NCBI RefSeq assembly: GCF_001194135.2
Contig: NC_068986.1
Span: 70,547,288-70,611,287, forward strand
Direction: 5' to 3'
DNA length: 64,000 nucleotides
Origin: Octopus bimaculoides
Lineage: Eukaryota
The first letter of the stretch is position 1. Every line of letters starts with the position of its first letter. The notes under the pieces are model-generated. The model was not told where the DNA came from and did not search any database. It worked only from the letters and a program-made list of their open reading frames with translations. Position numbers and translations under genes: made by a program. Of this stretch, positions 1 to 12,322 are shown piece by piece.

Positions 1-306
1 ATATATATATATAATATATATAATTATATATATATAATAATTATATATAATATATATAATATGTATATATAATAGATATAATTATATATATATAATAATT
101 ATATGTATATATAATATATATAATTATATATATATATATAATAATTATATATATATATAATATATATAATTATATATATATAATAATTATATATAATATA
201 TATAATTATATATATATGATAAATAATTATATATATATAAAAACTATATATATATGATAAATGATATCTATATATATTAATATATATATATATGTGTGTG
301 TGTGTG

Positions 307-340
<34 letters not shown>
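1..340. repeat. Degenerate (TA)n/(TATAAT)-type low-complexity tract
   Basis: Almost pure A/T dinucleotide-derived sequence. Confidence 0.95.
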
Positions 341-342
<2 letters not shown>

Positions 343-989
343 ATAATTAAGGGATCAGCAAAAGTTGCTTCATCACATACCGAAATTTAGAAATAGCAGT
401 TAAAATGCTAGTTCTTCTATTACAATATGACTCTAAAGATAGCAATACTTGTAATTCACATAGGCAAAAAAGAAGAAAAAATAACAAAACCAAACAGCCT
501 TGGTTTAATTTGTACACGTTTCGGGATTAGAATGGTATAAAATTCATTTCCTTCTTCAGCATGATATTCTAGATTATAAATTTGAAAATATATTCTAGAT
601 TATAAATTTGAAAAACGCACATGGTGAATATTGAGGATGGATGCGGAATTACTCATGTATATAAATTTGGATCTACTGTTTCTCTTATGTGATGTTCGAT
701 GTTGCCTGATCGAGCATGCACGGTTTTTCTCAGCATTTTTCAAATATATAATCTAGAATATCATGCCGAAGAAGGAAATGAATTTTATACCATTCTAATC
801 CCAAAATGCATACATGATTAACTAAGGCTAGTTGGTTTTGTCATTTTTTCTTCCTTTTTGCCTATGTGAATTACGAGTATTGTTATCTGTGGAGACATAT
901 TGTAGTAGAAGAATTAGTATTTTAACTGCTATTCCTAAATTTTGGTATGTGGTGAAGCAACTTTTGCTGATCCCGTAATTATGTTTATA
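336..989. mobile_element. Long foldback / MITE-like inverted repeat (arms about 255 bp)
   Basis: taaacataattaagggatcagcaaaagttgcttc... (336-~593) is the reverse complement of ...gaagcaacttttgctgatcccgtaattatgtttata (~736-989). Confidence 0.85.
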
Positions 990-1167
990 ATTATAAAAAC
1001 TTTTTGTATAAGTTTTTACCGATAATGGTCTTTTTTTCCATACCGAACTACTTCGTAAAATTATCAATTTTTAATTTATCAATTAATTAATAATTCTTTA
1101 CCCTATATATATAATAAATGATGTATAGTAAATAATGCATATTATATATATAATATATATATTATAT

Positions 1168-1345
1168 ATTCTTTTATTCTTTTACTTCAGTCATTTGACT
1201 GTGACCATGCTGGAGCACCACCTTTTAGTCAAGCAAATCAACCCCAAGACTTATTCTTTGTAAGCGTAGTACTTATTCTATCGGCCTCTTTTGCCGAACT
1301 GCTAGATTACAGGGGACAAACACAGACACACAAACATATACACAC
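1168..1345 (-). mobile_element. 3' part of microsatellite-containing SINE (family C)
   Basis: Near-identical to 31950-32150 (cagtcatttgactgtg.ccatgctggagcac...agtacttattctatcgg.ctcttttgccgaactgcta). Confidence 0.8.
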
Positions 1346-1362
1346 ACATAAATATATAATTA

Positions 1363-4143
1363 TCATCATCATCGTTTAACGTCCACTTTACATGCTTGCA
1401 TGGGTTGGACAATTTGACTGAGGACTGGTGAACCAGATGGCTACACCAGGCTCCAATCTGATTTGGCAGAGTTTCTACAGCTGGATTCCCTTCCTAACGC
1501 CAACCACTCTGAGAGTGTAGTCGATGCTTTTTACATGCCACCGGCACGAAGGCCAGTCAGGCGGTACTGGCAATGGCCACGCTCGAAATGGTGAATTTTA
1601 CATGCCACCTGCACAGGAGCCAGTCCAGCGGTACTGACAATGAACTCGCTCGAATGTCTTTTCATGTGCCATTGGCATAAGTGCTAGGAAGGTGACGTTG
1701 GTAACGATCACGTTCAAATGGTGCTATTTAAGTGCCACCGGCACGGAAGCCAGACAGCTAGTGCTCTGGCAATGATCACGCTCAGACGGTGCTCTTAGTG
1801 ATCTACTGGCACAGGTGCCAGCACAATTTTGCTTTCGCTAGCCCCAACAGGTCTTAGCAAGCCAAGTTTAGTGTTCAATGAAGAGACGTTGGTGTGGGTG
1901 CCAGTCTACAAATTTAGTTTGATTTCGATTTCACTTGCCTCAACAGGTTTTCGCAAGTGGAGTTTAGTGTCCAATGAAGGAATGTTACGCGTAAGTGGGC
2001 TGGCTACATCCCTGGCAGAGGCCTTTGAATTTTGGTCTTACTTGGCTTGCTGGGTCTTCTCACACACAGCATATATCCAAAAGTCTCAATCACTAGTCAT
2101 TGCCTCCGTGAGGCCTAATATTCGAAGGTCGTGCTTCACCACCTCATCCCAGGTCTTCCTAAGCCTGTGTCTTCCACAGGTTCCCTCGACCGCTAGGCTG
2201 TGGCACTTTTTCACACAGCTATCCTCATCCATTCTCACCACATGTCCATACTAACGCAATCGTCTCTCTTGCACACCACAACTGATGCTTCTTAGGTTCA
2301 ACTTTTCTCTCAAGATACTTACACTCTGTCTAGTATGCACACTGACGTTACTCATCCCTCGGAGCATACTGGCTTCATTCCTTGTGAGCTTACGCATGTC
2401 CTCAGCAGTCACGGCCCATGTTTCACTGCCATGTAGCAGGGCTGTTCGTACACATGCATCATGCAGTTTGCCTTTTACTCTGAGCGAGAGGTCTTTTGTC
2501 ACCAGCAGAGGTAAGAGCTCTCTGAACTTTGCCCATGCTATTCTTATTCTAGCAGCTATACTTCCAGTGCACCTTCCCTCGCTACTGACTAGGCCACCTA
2601 GGTAATGGAAGCTATCAGCTACTTCTAGTTTTTCTCCCTGGAATGTGGCAGAAGTTGTTCTCTGCACATTTTCAGTGTTTATTGCTCCTGAGCATCTGCC
2701 ACATACAAAAACTACCTTGCTAGTTAGCTCTCCTTTGATATTGCTGCACCTCTTATGTGTCCATAACTTACACTGGGTACATCTTATGGAGTTTCTACCT
2801 ACGCCTCATCTACAGATGGAGCAGGGCCATCTACCTGAAGGGATTTGTGTTTTGTCTACTTTTCTAATTATTAGGACTTTGGTTTTTTTCTAGGTTGACT
2901 CTAAGGCCCTTTGATTCTAATCCTTGCTTCCACACCTGAAACTTCTCCTCTAGTTCTGATAGTGACGCAGCAATTAGAGCAAGGTCATCAGCATAGAGGA
3001 GTTCCCGGAGGCAACCTGTCTTGAATTCCTGTTATTGCCTGGAGGACAATGATAAATAATAGGGGGCTGAAGACTGAACCCTGGTGGACCCCTACCTCTA
3101 CCCGGAATTCTTCACTGTACTCATTGCCAACCCTCACCTTACTGACAGCATCCCTGTACATGGCTCGCACAGCTCTCACTAACCATTCATCTATCCCTAG
3201 TTTCCTCATTGATCATCAGATAAGGGATTGGGGGACCCTGTCAAAGGCTTTCTCCATGTCAACGAAAGCCAGGTACAGAGGTTTATCTTTGGCTAGGTAT
3301 GGCTCCTGCAGCTGTCTTACCAGAAATACAGCATCAATTGTGCTTTTCCCTGGCATGAATCCAAACTGCATCTAAAGTGACTCTCTCCCTAATTAGTTGG
3401 GCTATGACACTCTCCATGACCTTCATTACCTGGTCCAACAACTTGATACCTCTGTAATTGTTTGTGTCTAAAGCATCACTTTTACCTATGTAGCAGTTGA
3501 TTATGGTGCTGCTACACCAGTCATTGGGTATGACTCCTTTGTGTATCACCTGGTTAACTGTACAGGTGACTAGGCTATAGCCGACACTGCCAGATATTTT
3601 GAGCATCTCTGCAGTGATTCCTGAAGGGCCGGAGGCCTTCCCTGTCTTCATACTCTTAATTGCTTTATCTACCAAGGTACTGTCAACTCGGATAGCTGGT
3701 CCCTCTGTTGGGTTGACATTCAGGACACCCTCTTTCTCCCATTCATTCTCTTTATTACGCAACCTTTCATAGTGGCGTCTCCAAACCTCTCTCTTTGCAG
3801 CCTTGTTTAGTGCAAGTGAGCCATCATCCATGCGGACACACTTCTCTCCTATGACATCACGATTCTCTCTCACACACTGACTTGCAACACGAAATACTTC
3901 AAGTCTTTGGTCCTCACGGCGCAGAACATTGGCAAATTTTTTCTTATCTGCTTCCCCTCTGGCTAAATAAACCTGTCTCCTAGCTTAACTTCTGGAAGTC
4001 TGAAACAATTCCCTGCTACCGCCGTTCTTCCAGTCCTTCCAAGCCTGTTTCTTTTTTCTTATAGCCCTGTCAACCACATTGTTCCACCAACATGTTACTT
4101 TGTACCATCCTCATATCTGGTCAGTGGCTCTCAGCAGGTTGTC
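1363..4143 (-). mobile_element. RTE-clade LINE, frameshifted reverse transcriptase plus 3' UTR and (GAT)n tail; cut by assembly gap
   Basis: ORFs 3334-3873, 2988-3209, 2251-2667 carry RT motifs (KASGPSGI, NYRGIKLL, GVHQGSVFSPLLF, FHYLG, LHGSETW); tail reads (CAT)n on + at ~1363. Confidence 0.92.
1520..1830 (-). repeat. About five ~65-bp tandem units in the RTE 3' UTR
   Basis: Repeated atggtgctttttacrtgccacyggcac...ccagtc.ggcggtactggca; recurs at 9500-9670 and 37120-37340. Confidence 0.8.
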
Positions 4144-4944
4144 NNNNNNNNNNNNNNNNNNNNNNNNNNNNNNNNNNNNNNNNNNNNNNNNNNNNNNNNN
4201 NNNNNNNNNNNNNNNNNNNNNNNNNNNNNNNNNNNNNNNNNNNNNNNNNNNNNNNNNNNNNNNNNNNNNNNNNNNNNNNNNNNNNNNNNNNNNNNNNNNN
4301 NNNNNNNNNNNNNNNNNNNNNNNNNNNNNNNNNNNNNNNNNNNNNNNNNNNNNNNNNNNNNNNNNNNNNNNNNNNNNNNNNNNNNNNNNNNNNNNNNNNN
4401 NNNNNNNNNNNNNNNNNNNNNNNNNNNNNNNNNNNNNNNNNNNNNNNNNNNNNNNNNNNNNNNNNNNNNNNNNNNNNNNNNNNNNNNNNNNNNNNNNNNN
4501 NNNNNNNNNNNNNNNNNNNNNNNNNNNNNNNNNNNNNNNNNNNNNNNNNNNNNNNNNNNNNNNNNNNNNNNNNNNNNNNNNNNNNNNNNNNNNNNNNNNN
4601 NNNNNNNNNNNNNNNNNNNNNNNNNNNNNNNNNNNNNNNNNNNNNNNNNNNNNNNNNNNNNNNNNNNNNNNNNNNNNNNNNNNNNNNNNNNNNNNNNNNN
4701 NNNNNNNNNNNNNNNNNNNNNNNNNNNNNNNNNNNNNNNNNNNNNNNNNNNNNNNNNNNNNNNNNNNNNNNNNNNNNNNNNNNNNNNNNNNNNNNNNNNN
4801 NNNNNNNNNNNNNNNNNNNNNNNNNNNNNNNNNNNNNNNNATATATATATATATATATATATATATAATAGATGTGGTCTATTTCTAGCACATTGATTGT
4901 CCACGTTAGTGGTCAATGCTATATATAAAAATATATATATATAT

Positions 4945-5120
4945 AAATATATATAATATACATGTATTATATATATAATATACATGTATTATATATATAA
5001 TATACATGTATTATATATATAATATACATGTATTATATATATAATATATATGTATTATATATATAATATATATGTATTATATATATAATATATATATGTA
5101 TTATATATATATATATATAT
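4945..5120. repeat. 22-bp minisatellite (atatataatatacatgtattat)n, about 7 copies
   Basis: Direct tandem copies; core catg in first copies, tatg in later ones. Confidence 0.9.
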
Positions 5121-7881
5121 AAATATATTTTTTCGCCCTCTTAAAGCCAAGCCAGGCATATGGGCCCAGTTTCCCGGTTTCTCTGGCATATGTCATTTTC
5201 TATAGAAAATTTGTAGAGTTGACCATAACATATACTTTAAATAGTGTACTGATGGTACCTGTACTAGTGAAGATCATCTTGTAATTTGAAATGCCAAGGG
5301 CCTAATGTGGCTTCTATATCTGAGGGAAAATAGAAGAAAGAGTCTGTAATGTTTTTCAGCAGGCTTAGGAAGTAAGACATATAAGACCAGAAGAACAAGT
5401 TAATAGTTGTGATACCATAGCAGTGGAGAAAGTAACAGATTAGTAGAGGGGACACTACTTTGGGTGAAGGGGGTTATGACCAGAAACAGGGGAAAAAGAA
5501 GGGATTTTTATCAGATGTTCTTAATAATAAAAGGGAGGGACAAAATGGAAAAGTGATAGTTATGTAGGGGTCTCTAGGGCTACTCTACATTATAATTGGG
5601 ATTATAGACGAAAGTTGTGAAGGAAAGGGGACAGAAAGTTACAACAGGCTTGTGGGGGAAAGGAATCTTGGAAGGGTTTTGAAGGAAAGAGATGTGTGGG
5701 TGTTGAGAGTATAGCTCAGGGGGTGTGAAAGATAAGGACAATTGAGGAGGAGAGAAGCTGTAGAGAAAGGGCAGTGAAGTAAAATGGGGCAGGTGGGTGA
5801 GAGAGCAACAGGTAAGTGAGCAGTGATGGAAAGAGAAGCTGAAGGATTCTATAGAGGTACTGACAAAGGGAAAGGCAGAGTGTGAATGCTATAAAAGCAT
5901 TCCTTATGGGAAGGCAAGATGGAGAGAGAAAAGGTTAAGGGTATAAACTGGGTGAGTTATTGCATGAGAACAGCTCTTTTAAGACCTGCTGATCACTAAA
6001 GTTGTAAGAGTGAGACTCAGCAAGACATGAGATGAAGTTGTGAAAACTGATCTCAAGAGTGTGAATCTTGTGGAAGAGATAATGAAGACATAGTGGATAA
6101 CTAGAAATATATGTGATCTTCTAGAAGATTCATTCATTTTAGTGAATGGGAGTTCTGAAAGCATAGTTCCTATATACACAGTTGGGCTCATCACCTAATT
6201 TCCTCTTAAAATCTTCCTTCCATCCTCTCATTTTCTGTCACTGGTCTCTCTATCACTCACCCAACTGCTGTATTCTGCTGCTGTGATTATATGAGAACAG
6301 AAGTATACATTTTATTATATTTACTGTGGTGGCAGTTATCTTTCTCACTACTCAGTACCATTGCAGCTGACTTCCATCATTTATTCTTACATTGTCCCTC
6401 TTTGTTCACATTTTACCTTGATCACCCTACTTATATGCTACCAAATTATCTCTCCATACACACTTTTCTGTTTCCACCCAATTTTCTGTCCTGCTCTTTT
6501 TCTCCCCAGGACCCACTTTGACACTTTGGCACCACTATTTTTATCACTGTTTCCAGCTCCACACTCCTACCCATTCTCATATAGTGTGAGTAGCCATGTA
6601 AATCCTGTACAGCAAGAAACTTGTTCCATCCCCTTCCTTCATATTCTAATGGTTCATCACCTATCATACAACTGCCGTTCTATCTACTGTAGTCTCACTC
6701 AGTCAATGGAGATCTTATTCTTGCAAGCTATATAGTAAGCACAGCACTGCTGACATCACAAAGAAAGCTGCCAGTACTCACTGTAAAATAGTTGACATCA
6801 AGAAGAGCATTCATCTGTAGAAACCCTGCCAAAGCAAACATTGAAGCATGATGTACATCTCTGACTCATGCATATATATATGTGTGTGTGTGTGTGTGCA
6901 TGCATATATGTGTATATATATATGTGTGTGTGTGTATAAGTAAATGAGAGATTGCATTGAGCAGACACACTTTATTGTGTAATACTGCAGCTGTTGTGAA
7001 ATAGCACTTGTAGACAGGTTTTATAAAGCAAATTACATGGTTAAAACTTAAATTGAATTTATATATTTATATATACACACACACACACATACGCATGCGT
7101 CCGCACACATACATGTGGACATATCTATCGTTAATTTGATAACTTTCTCCCTTTAAATTTTGTCCTGTTGTATCAATTTTGACACAGGTCCCTGTATTAG
7201 ATTCCATTTGTTTAAATCATTCAGCACCACTTCTTTAAGTAATAGTTTTTGCAAAATAAAAGAGATATGAGGACATAAAGACAAAGTTACGTTTTATTCT
7301 GCCAATCATTTGACTGCTTTTGACCCCATAGTTTTTTTTCCTACAGCATCAGTCTTGATGTTTTAGGATTTGGGTTATCAGAATTAGACTTTTCATTTAG
7401 ATCTTTCAAGAAAGATTAAAGATACTTTGATAATACTGCCTCTCGTATTTGACCACATTTTACCCAATAAGTTTTGCTTTTTCCTACACAAATCATTTGG
7501 CAGTTTTCTGTATTAAATTTCTGTCCTTTACACCTTTTGCATATGCCTAACTAAATGTAACTAAAACAGAAATAATAAATAAATAAGGACATTATGCTGC
7601 TTAGAAATTGCATTTATGCATTATTCTACTATTATTTCATCACACACATTTGATCATAATGTTTTTTCTTAGACAGCCAATTTTCTATTATGATATAAAA
7701 TATAGCTGAATTCTGCTCCATTTCACTTAAATAAACAAAGTTTAGTTTCTTCAGTAATTGAATGAATTTGAGAGTGTTGAAGAGGTTGCAGAAAAGTAAA
7801 TATTGACTTTAAGAATATTATTCACCCACTGTTGTGAGTGAATGATATTTCTGTGTGCATGTTTGTATGTGTTATTATATA

Positions 7882-8266
7882 TGGTTGGCACTCCGTCGGT
7901 TACGACGATGAGGGTTCCAGTTGATCCATTCAACGGAACAGCCTGCTCGTGAAATTAACGTGCAAGTGGCTGAGCACTCCACAGACATGTGTACCTTTAA
8001 CGTAGTTCTCGGGGGAGATTCAGCGTGACACAGAGTGTGACAAGGCTGGCCCTTTGAAATACAGGTACAACAGAAACAGGAAGATAGAGTGAGAGAAAGT
8101 TGTGGTGAAAGAGTACAGCAGGGTTCGCCACCATCCTCTACCAGAGCCTCGTGGAGCTTCAGGTGTTTTCGCTCAATAAACACTCACAACGCCTGGTCTG
8201 GGAATCGAAACCGTGATCCTACGACCATGAGTCCACTGCCCTAACCACTGGGCCATTGCACCTCCA
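7882..8266 (-). mobile_element. tRNA-headed SINE, full length
   Basis: Reverse complement starts ggaggtgcaatggcccagtggttagggcag...ggtttcgattcccagacc (A and B boxes); 3' part shared with 58130-58312. Confidence 0.85.
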
Positions 8267-8294
8267 TTGTTATATATATGTGCATATGTATATG

Positions 8295-9212
8295 CGTGTC
8301 TGTATATGTAAAGGTAAGATCCAAGGATCAATGTGTAGGAAGTTAGTAAGCTTCAAGCGGTCCATAAAAGGTATAAAAACAACTTTCAGGAAGAATAATG
8401 GTTTACTGATGCAGAAGGCTGTAAATTTTCCCCATATCAAAATTTGATAAGCTGAAAAAGTTATTTTATAGTTAGGGTTATGCAAATAAAAATTCAAATT
8501 TAAAGAAAGGTTACATATGTTTCCTAGCTAGCAGAGCCTTCAATGTAGTAATTACCCAAATGAGGGGTGCTCCACTAGCTATACATCAAGCCAAAGACAC
8601 CTTAGTCAAATTAATTTTGCATTGCCGTCAAGGGATCCCATGTTAGCTCATACCCTGTATATATCCCAAAATTAAGGAATAGAGTTGATAAAATCCAGGC
8701 TACATATGTCTCATAGCTAGTGGAACCTCAGAAGTAGTAATTATCCTAACAAGGAGTAGACCCCAAGCTACTTTTCAGGCAAAGAATACCTTAATTATAT
8801 GAAGTTTACAGATACATTTTGATCGAATCCCCTACAAGTTAATACAGGATCTCCTAACAACAATGTAAACTTCATGTAATCAAAGTATCTTTGGCCTGAA
8901 AAGTAGATTGCTGTCTACTCCTTGTTTGAATAATTACCACTTCCAAGGTTCCACTAGCTAGCTATGAAACATATGTAGCCTGGATCTTATGTACTCCATT
9001 CTCTAATTTTTGGATATTTATTTAAGCCTTAGTGGCTTACCATGAACTATAAAATCACATTCTTTTCAGCTCATACTTCGATACGGAAAAAAATTCACAA
9101 TCTTCTGCACCAATAAACCACTATTGTTCCTAAAAGTTGTTTTCTATATATTCTACAAACTGCTTGAATCTCACTAACCACATACACATTGATCCTTGGA
9201 TCCTACACATAT
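8295..9212. mobile_element. Nested foldback element with outer and inner inverted arms and an internal direct subrepeat
   Basis: gatccaaggatcaatgtgta / tacacattgatccttggatc outer arms; ccaggctacatatgt / acatatgtagcctgg inner arms. Confidence 0.8.
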
Positions 9213-9336
9213 ATATATATATATATATGTACATACACTCACTCACACACACACGCACATATATATAAGTGAATGACAAAGAGGTACAGGTGTCAATCCA
9301 TTATGGCCATTTCCAACAACCCCTTTAATTGATTTA

Positions 9337-9993
9337 TCATCATCAGCATCGTTTGAAGTCTGCTTTCCATGCTGGCATGAGTTGAACAGTTTGACTAAGG
9401 GCTGGCAAGCCAGAAGGCTGTACCAAGTTCCAATCTGATCTTGCAGAGATTCAACAGCTGGATGCCCTTCCTAACACCAACCACTCCAAGAGTGTAGTTG
9501 GTGCTTTTACGTGCCAGTCACACAAGGGCCAGTTGAGTGGTACTGGTATCGACCATGCTTGAATGGTGCTTTTTACGTGCTACTGGCACGGGGGCCAGTC
9601 ATATGGCACTGGCAACAATCATGCTCAAATGGTGCTTTTTACATGCCACTGGCACGGGACCAGTCACACGTCTCTGGACTTGAGAACACATGAATGGTGT
9701 CAATCAGGCGGTAAAGTCATCAGCCACAATACAATAATCACTTCACTTGATTCAACTGGTCTTCGCAAGTGCAGTTTGTTGCCCAATGACCGAAGGATAC
9801 TCTTAGATAGGCGTGTTATGCTGCAATGGCATAGGCCACAGTTACAGTCTCACTTGACTTGCTGGCTCTTATCAAGCACAGGATAACTCTGAAAGCCTCA
9901 GTCAATTGTCATTGCCTCCGTGACACCAAACGTTCGAAGATCGTGGTGCACTACCTCATCCCAGCTCTTCCTGGGTCTACCTCTTCCACAGAG
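9337..9993 (-). mobile_element. RTE LINE 3' fragment (runs into gap)
   Basis: CGRGRPRKSWDEVV coding end plus the same 3' UTR as 1363-2200. Confidence 0.85.
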
Positions 9994-10177
9994 NNNNNNN
10001 NNNNNNNNNNNNNNNNNNNNNNNNNNNNNNNNNNNNNNNNNNNNNNNNNNNNNNNNNNNNNNNNNNNNNNNNNNNNNNNNNNNNNNNNNNNNNATATATA
10101 TACATATATATTTATATATATACATATATATTTATATATATGTGTGTGTGTGTGTGTGTGTATAGAGAGAGAGAGAG

Positions 10178-10478
10178 AGGTTAAAGTAGTGAACTAAGGC
10201 AAACAATTAGGGGCAAGGCATTACCAGGACATTTAATTTCATTTTATTCAATCTAAATTTAGCTATATAACAAATAGTTGACAGCTGTTTCAGAGTCTAT
10301 CCAACTTACAGAGCGTTTGCTTGATGCAATGCTCCAGTAGCTGGGATATCCCAAAAACAACTGTCAGAGGCTCTTTACTATTTTTTACCATTAATTACAT
10401 AGCTAAATTTAGATTGAATTAAATGAAATTAAATGTTCTTGTCATACCTTGCCTAACTTTTCCTCACTATTTTAACCT
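10178..10478. mobile_element. MITE-like inverted repeat (~300 bp, arms ~90 bp)
   Basis: aggttaaagtagtga / tcactattttaacct termini; atttaatttcatt...aatctaaatttagctat / atagctaaatttagattgaattaaatgaaattaaat. Confidence 0.8.
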
Positions 10479-11012
10479 ATATAATCACATAACCACAACT
10501 TCAACTGTTGTTCAAACTGGAATTTTGGCGGCACACCTATTTGAGCATTCAGAACATACCTATAATGTGAGTCAACCTTGGTAGAATTTTATTGATGTAT
10601 TCATAGATCACATTATAGCATATAATCCACCGTCTTCAAGTAAAATTTTAAACAGGTATCAAGCAGGTGAGATAATACCTTCATGACAAATCCAACCAAC
10701 ATTGTTGAATAAGTGGTATTTTAAAATGATATTTGAATTTATAGAGGAATTAAAATGAGTGCCTTTAACAGGCATGCAAGAAGTAGAGATCAAGCAACTA
10801 TATTATTTCAAAACACTCATTTAAATTAGCTTATAGCCAATACTGGTTATGAGAATGTACAAGAATCACAGATGTATTTGTAGCCATAAGATGTCCTTAA
10901 AGTCATTAAAGCAAGGCAGATATCTTGTCAGTTAAGTGAGATAAAAGAAAGCAAACCTCAACATGGCAAAAAATCGTGAAGCTGTTATTTCCTTTTCATA
11001 TGTGCGCACGCG

Positions 11013-11054
<42 letters not shown>

Positions 11055-11055
11055 T

Positions 11056-11365
11056 CAATGGTTCTCAACCATTTATTATTTATGTACCCCTTTGATTACT
11101 ATTCTATTCTAGTGAACCCCCGTAGTCATTCAATGTATACAAACTTGTTTTACAGATGCTCCTTTCAAAATTCTTACTTTGTTATTCACACCATTAACTT
11201 GCGTAGGTTGAACTATGTGAAACATTAGAGAAAGAAACCTAGCTGTTTCCTGCAATAGTAACATTTAAATCAAAACTTTACATGGGCCCTTAAAATACTA
11301 CTGTGGATCCCCAAATTTTGCTAGCGTGGATCCCCAAAAATCTCAGCTGAACCTTTGTTGAGAAC
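11056..11365. mobile_element. hAT/Charlie-like MITE
   Basis: Termini caatggttctcaac ... gttgagaac, resembling Charlie-type CAGTGGTTCTCAA TIRs; same left end at 24253. Confidence 0.6.
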
Positions 11366-11471
11366 ACACATATATACATACATGCAAACATATATACACA
11401 GCTATACATACACATATATATACATGCACACAACACCCACATCCACATATATACATGCATGCATGTGCCTG

Positions 11472-11553
<82 letters not shown>

Positions 11554-11789
11554 TACACAGCTCCACATTTATATATACTTGTGTAAAATGTAGAGATATA
11601 AAATAAAATAATATAAAGAAAGATGTATAAGAAAGCATTGACAAATGACAGAGTTAGGGGGTCATACACCATATTATCAAATATTTCATTAGTTAAATAA
11701 TATCCAATAATGTTGGTTGGATTTGTCACGATCAAGATATTATCTCACCTGTTTGATACTTGTTCAAAATTTTACTTGTATCTGTGTTT

Positions 11790-12165
11790 GTATGATAAGA
11801 GGTTTGCTTCCCAACCACTTGGATTTGGTCCCACTGTGTGGCCTTGGCTAAGTATCTTCTACTATAACCCTGGGTCAACCAAATCTTTATGTGTGGGTTT
11901 CATAGATGGAAATTGAAAGCCCACCATACATGCATATATATGTGAGTGGTTGTTTGCCTTGACATCATGAGATAGTTGTAAATGAATGTCACCGTCATAC
12001 AAGCAGTTCCACTTTTCCAATCTTCCATGGAAAGTCATGGAGAAAAATTACCTTAGTTGGAAAGAGGTAACAGTTGGTGGCAGGAAAGGCATCCAACCAT
12101 AGAAATTCACCATGCAAGCATAGTAAAGTGGATTTTGAAACAACAATGATGATGATGATGATGAT
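11790..12165 (+). mobile_element. SINE family C head followed by an RTE-tailed SINE-like repeat ending in (GAT)n
   Basis: Similar to 47740-47890 and, reverse-complemented, to 22997-23215 and 60985-61210. Confidence 0.6.
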
Positions 12166-12322
12166 ACATTGTATATACAGATGTGTGCATGTGTGTGTGT
12201 TTATTAAATTTTCACAGGAGAATTGATATCAACACACTCTGCATGTTGCAGCAATTGTAGAAGCAAGTGAGATGTAAACAAATATACAAACACCCTCCCA
12301 CACACACCTACATATACATGCA

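Noticed and set aside
99-344. YI/CV/HT-rich ORFs throughout the window
   Set aside because: Translations of microsatellites
1520-1830. CRISPR-like array of ~65-bp units (also 9500-9670, 37120-37340)
   Set aside because: Units are diverged tandem repeats without unique spacers, lie in the RTE 3' UTR, and there are no cas genes in a eukaryotic context
1829-3375. Plus-strand ORFs (1829-2254, 2285-2605, 3049-3375)
   Set aside because: Antisense shadows of the minus-strand RTE reverse transcriptase
4079-4985. Long ORFs of 256-284 aa (also around 9900-10200 and 49870-50764)
   Set aside because: Artefacts of N gaps and (TA)n tracts
5460-6780. Purine-rich then pyrimidine-rich stretches suggesting old retroelement fragments
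   Set aside because: No translatable motif I could recognise; cannot assign a family
8170-8266. tRNA gene-like A/B boxes (also 32280-32347, 36706-36775, 58010-58075)
   Set aside because: They are SINE heads continuing into repeat bodies; no complete cloverleaf
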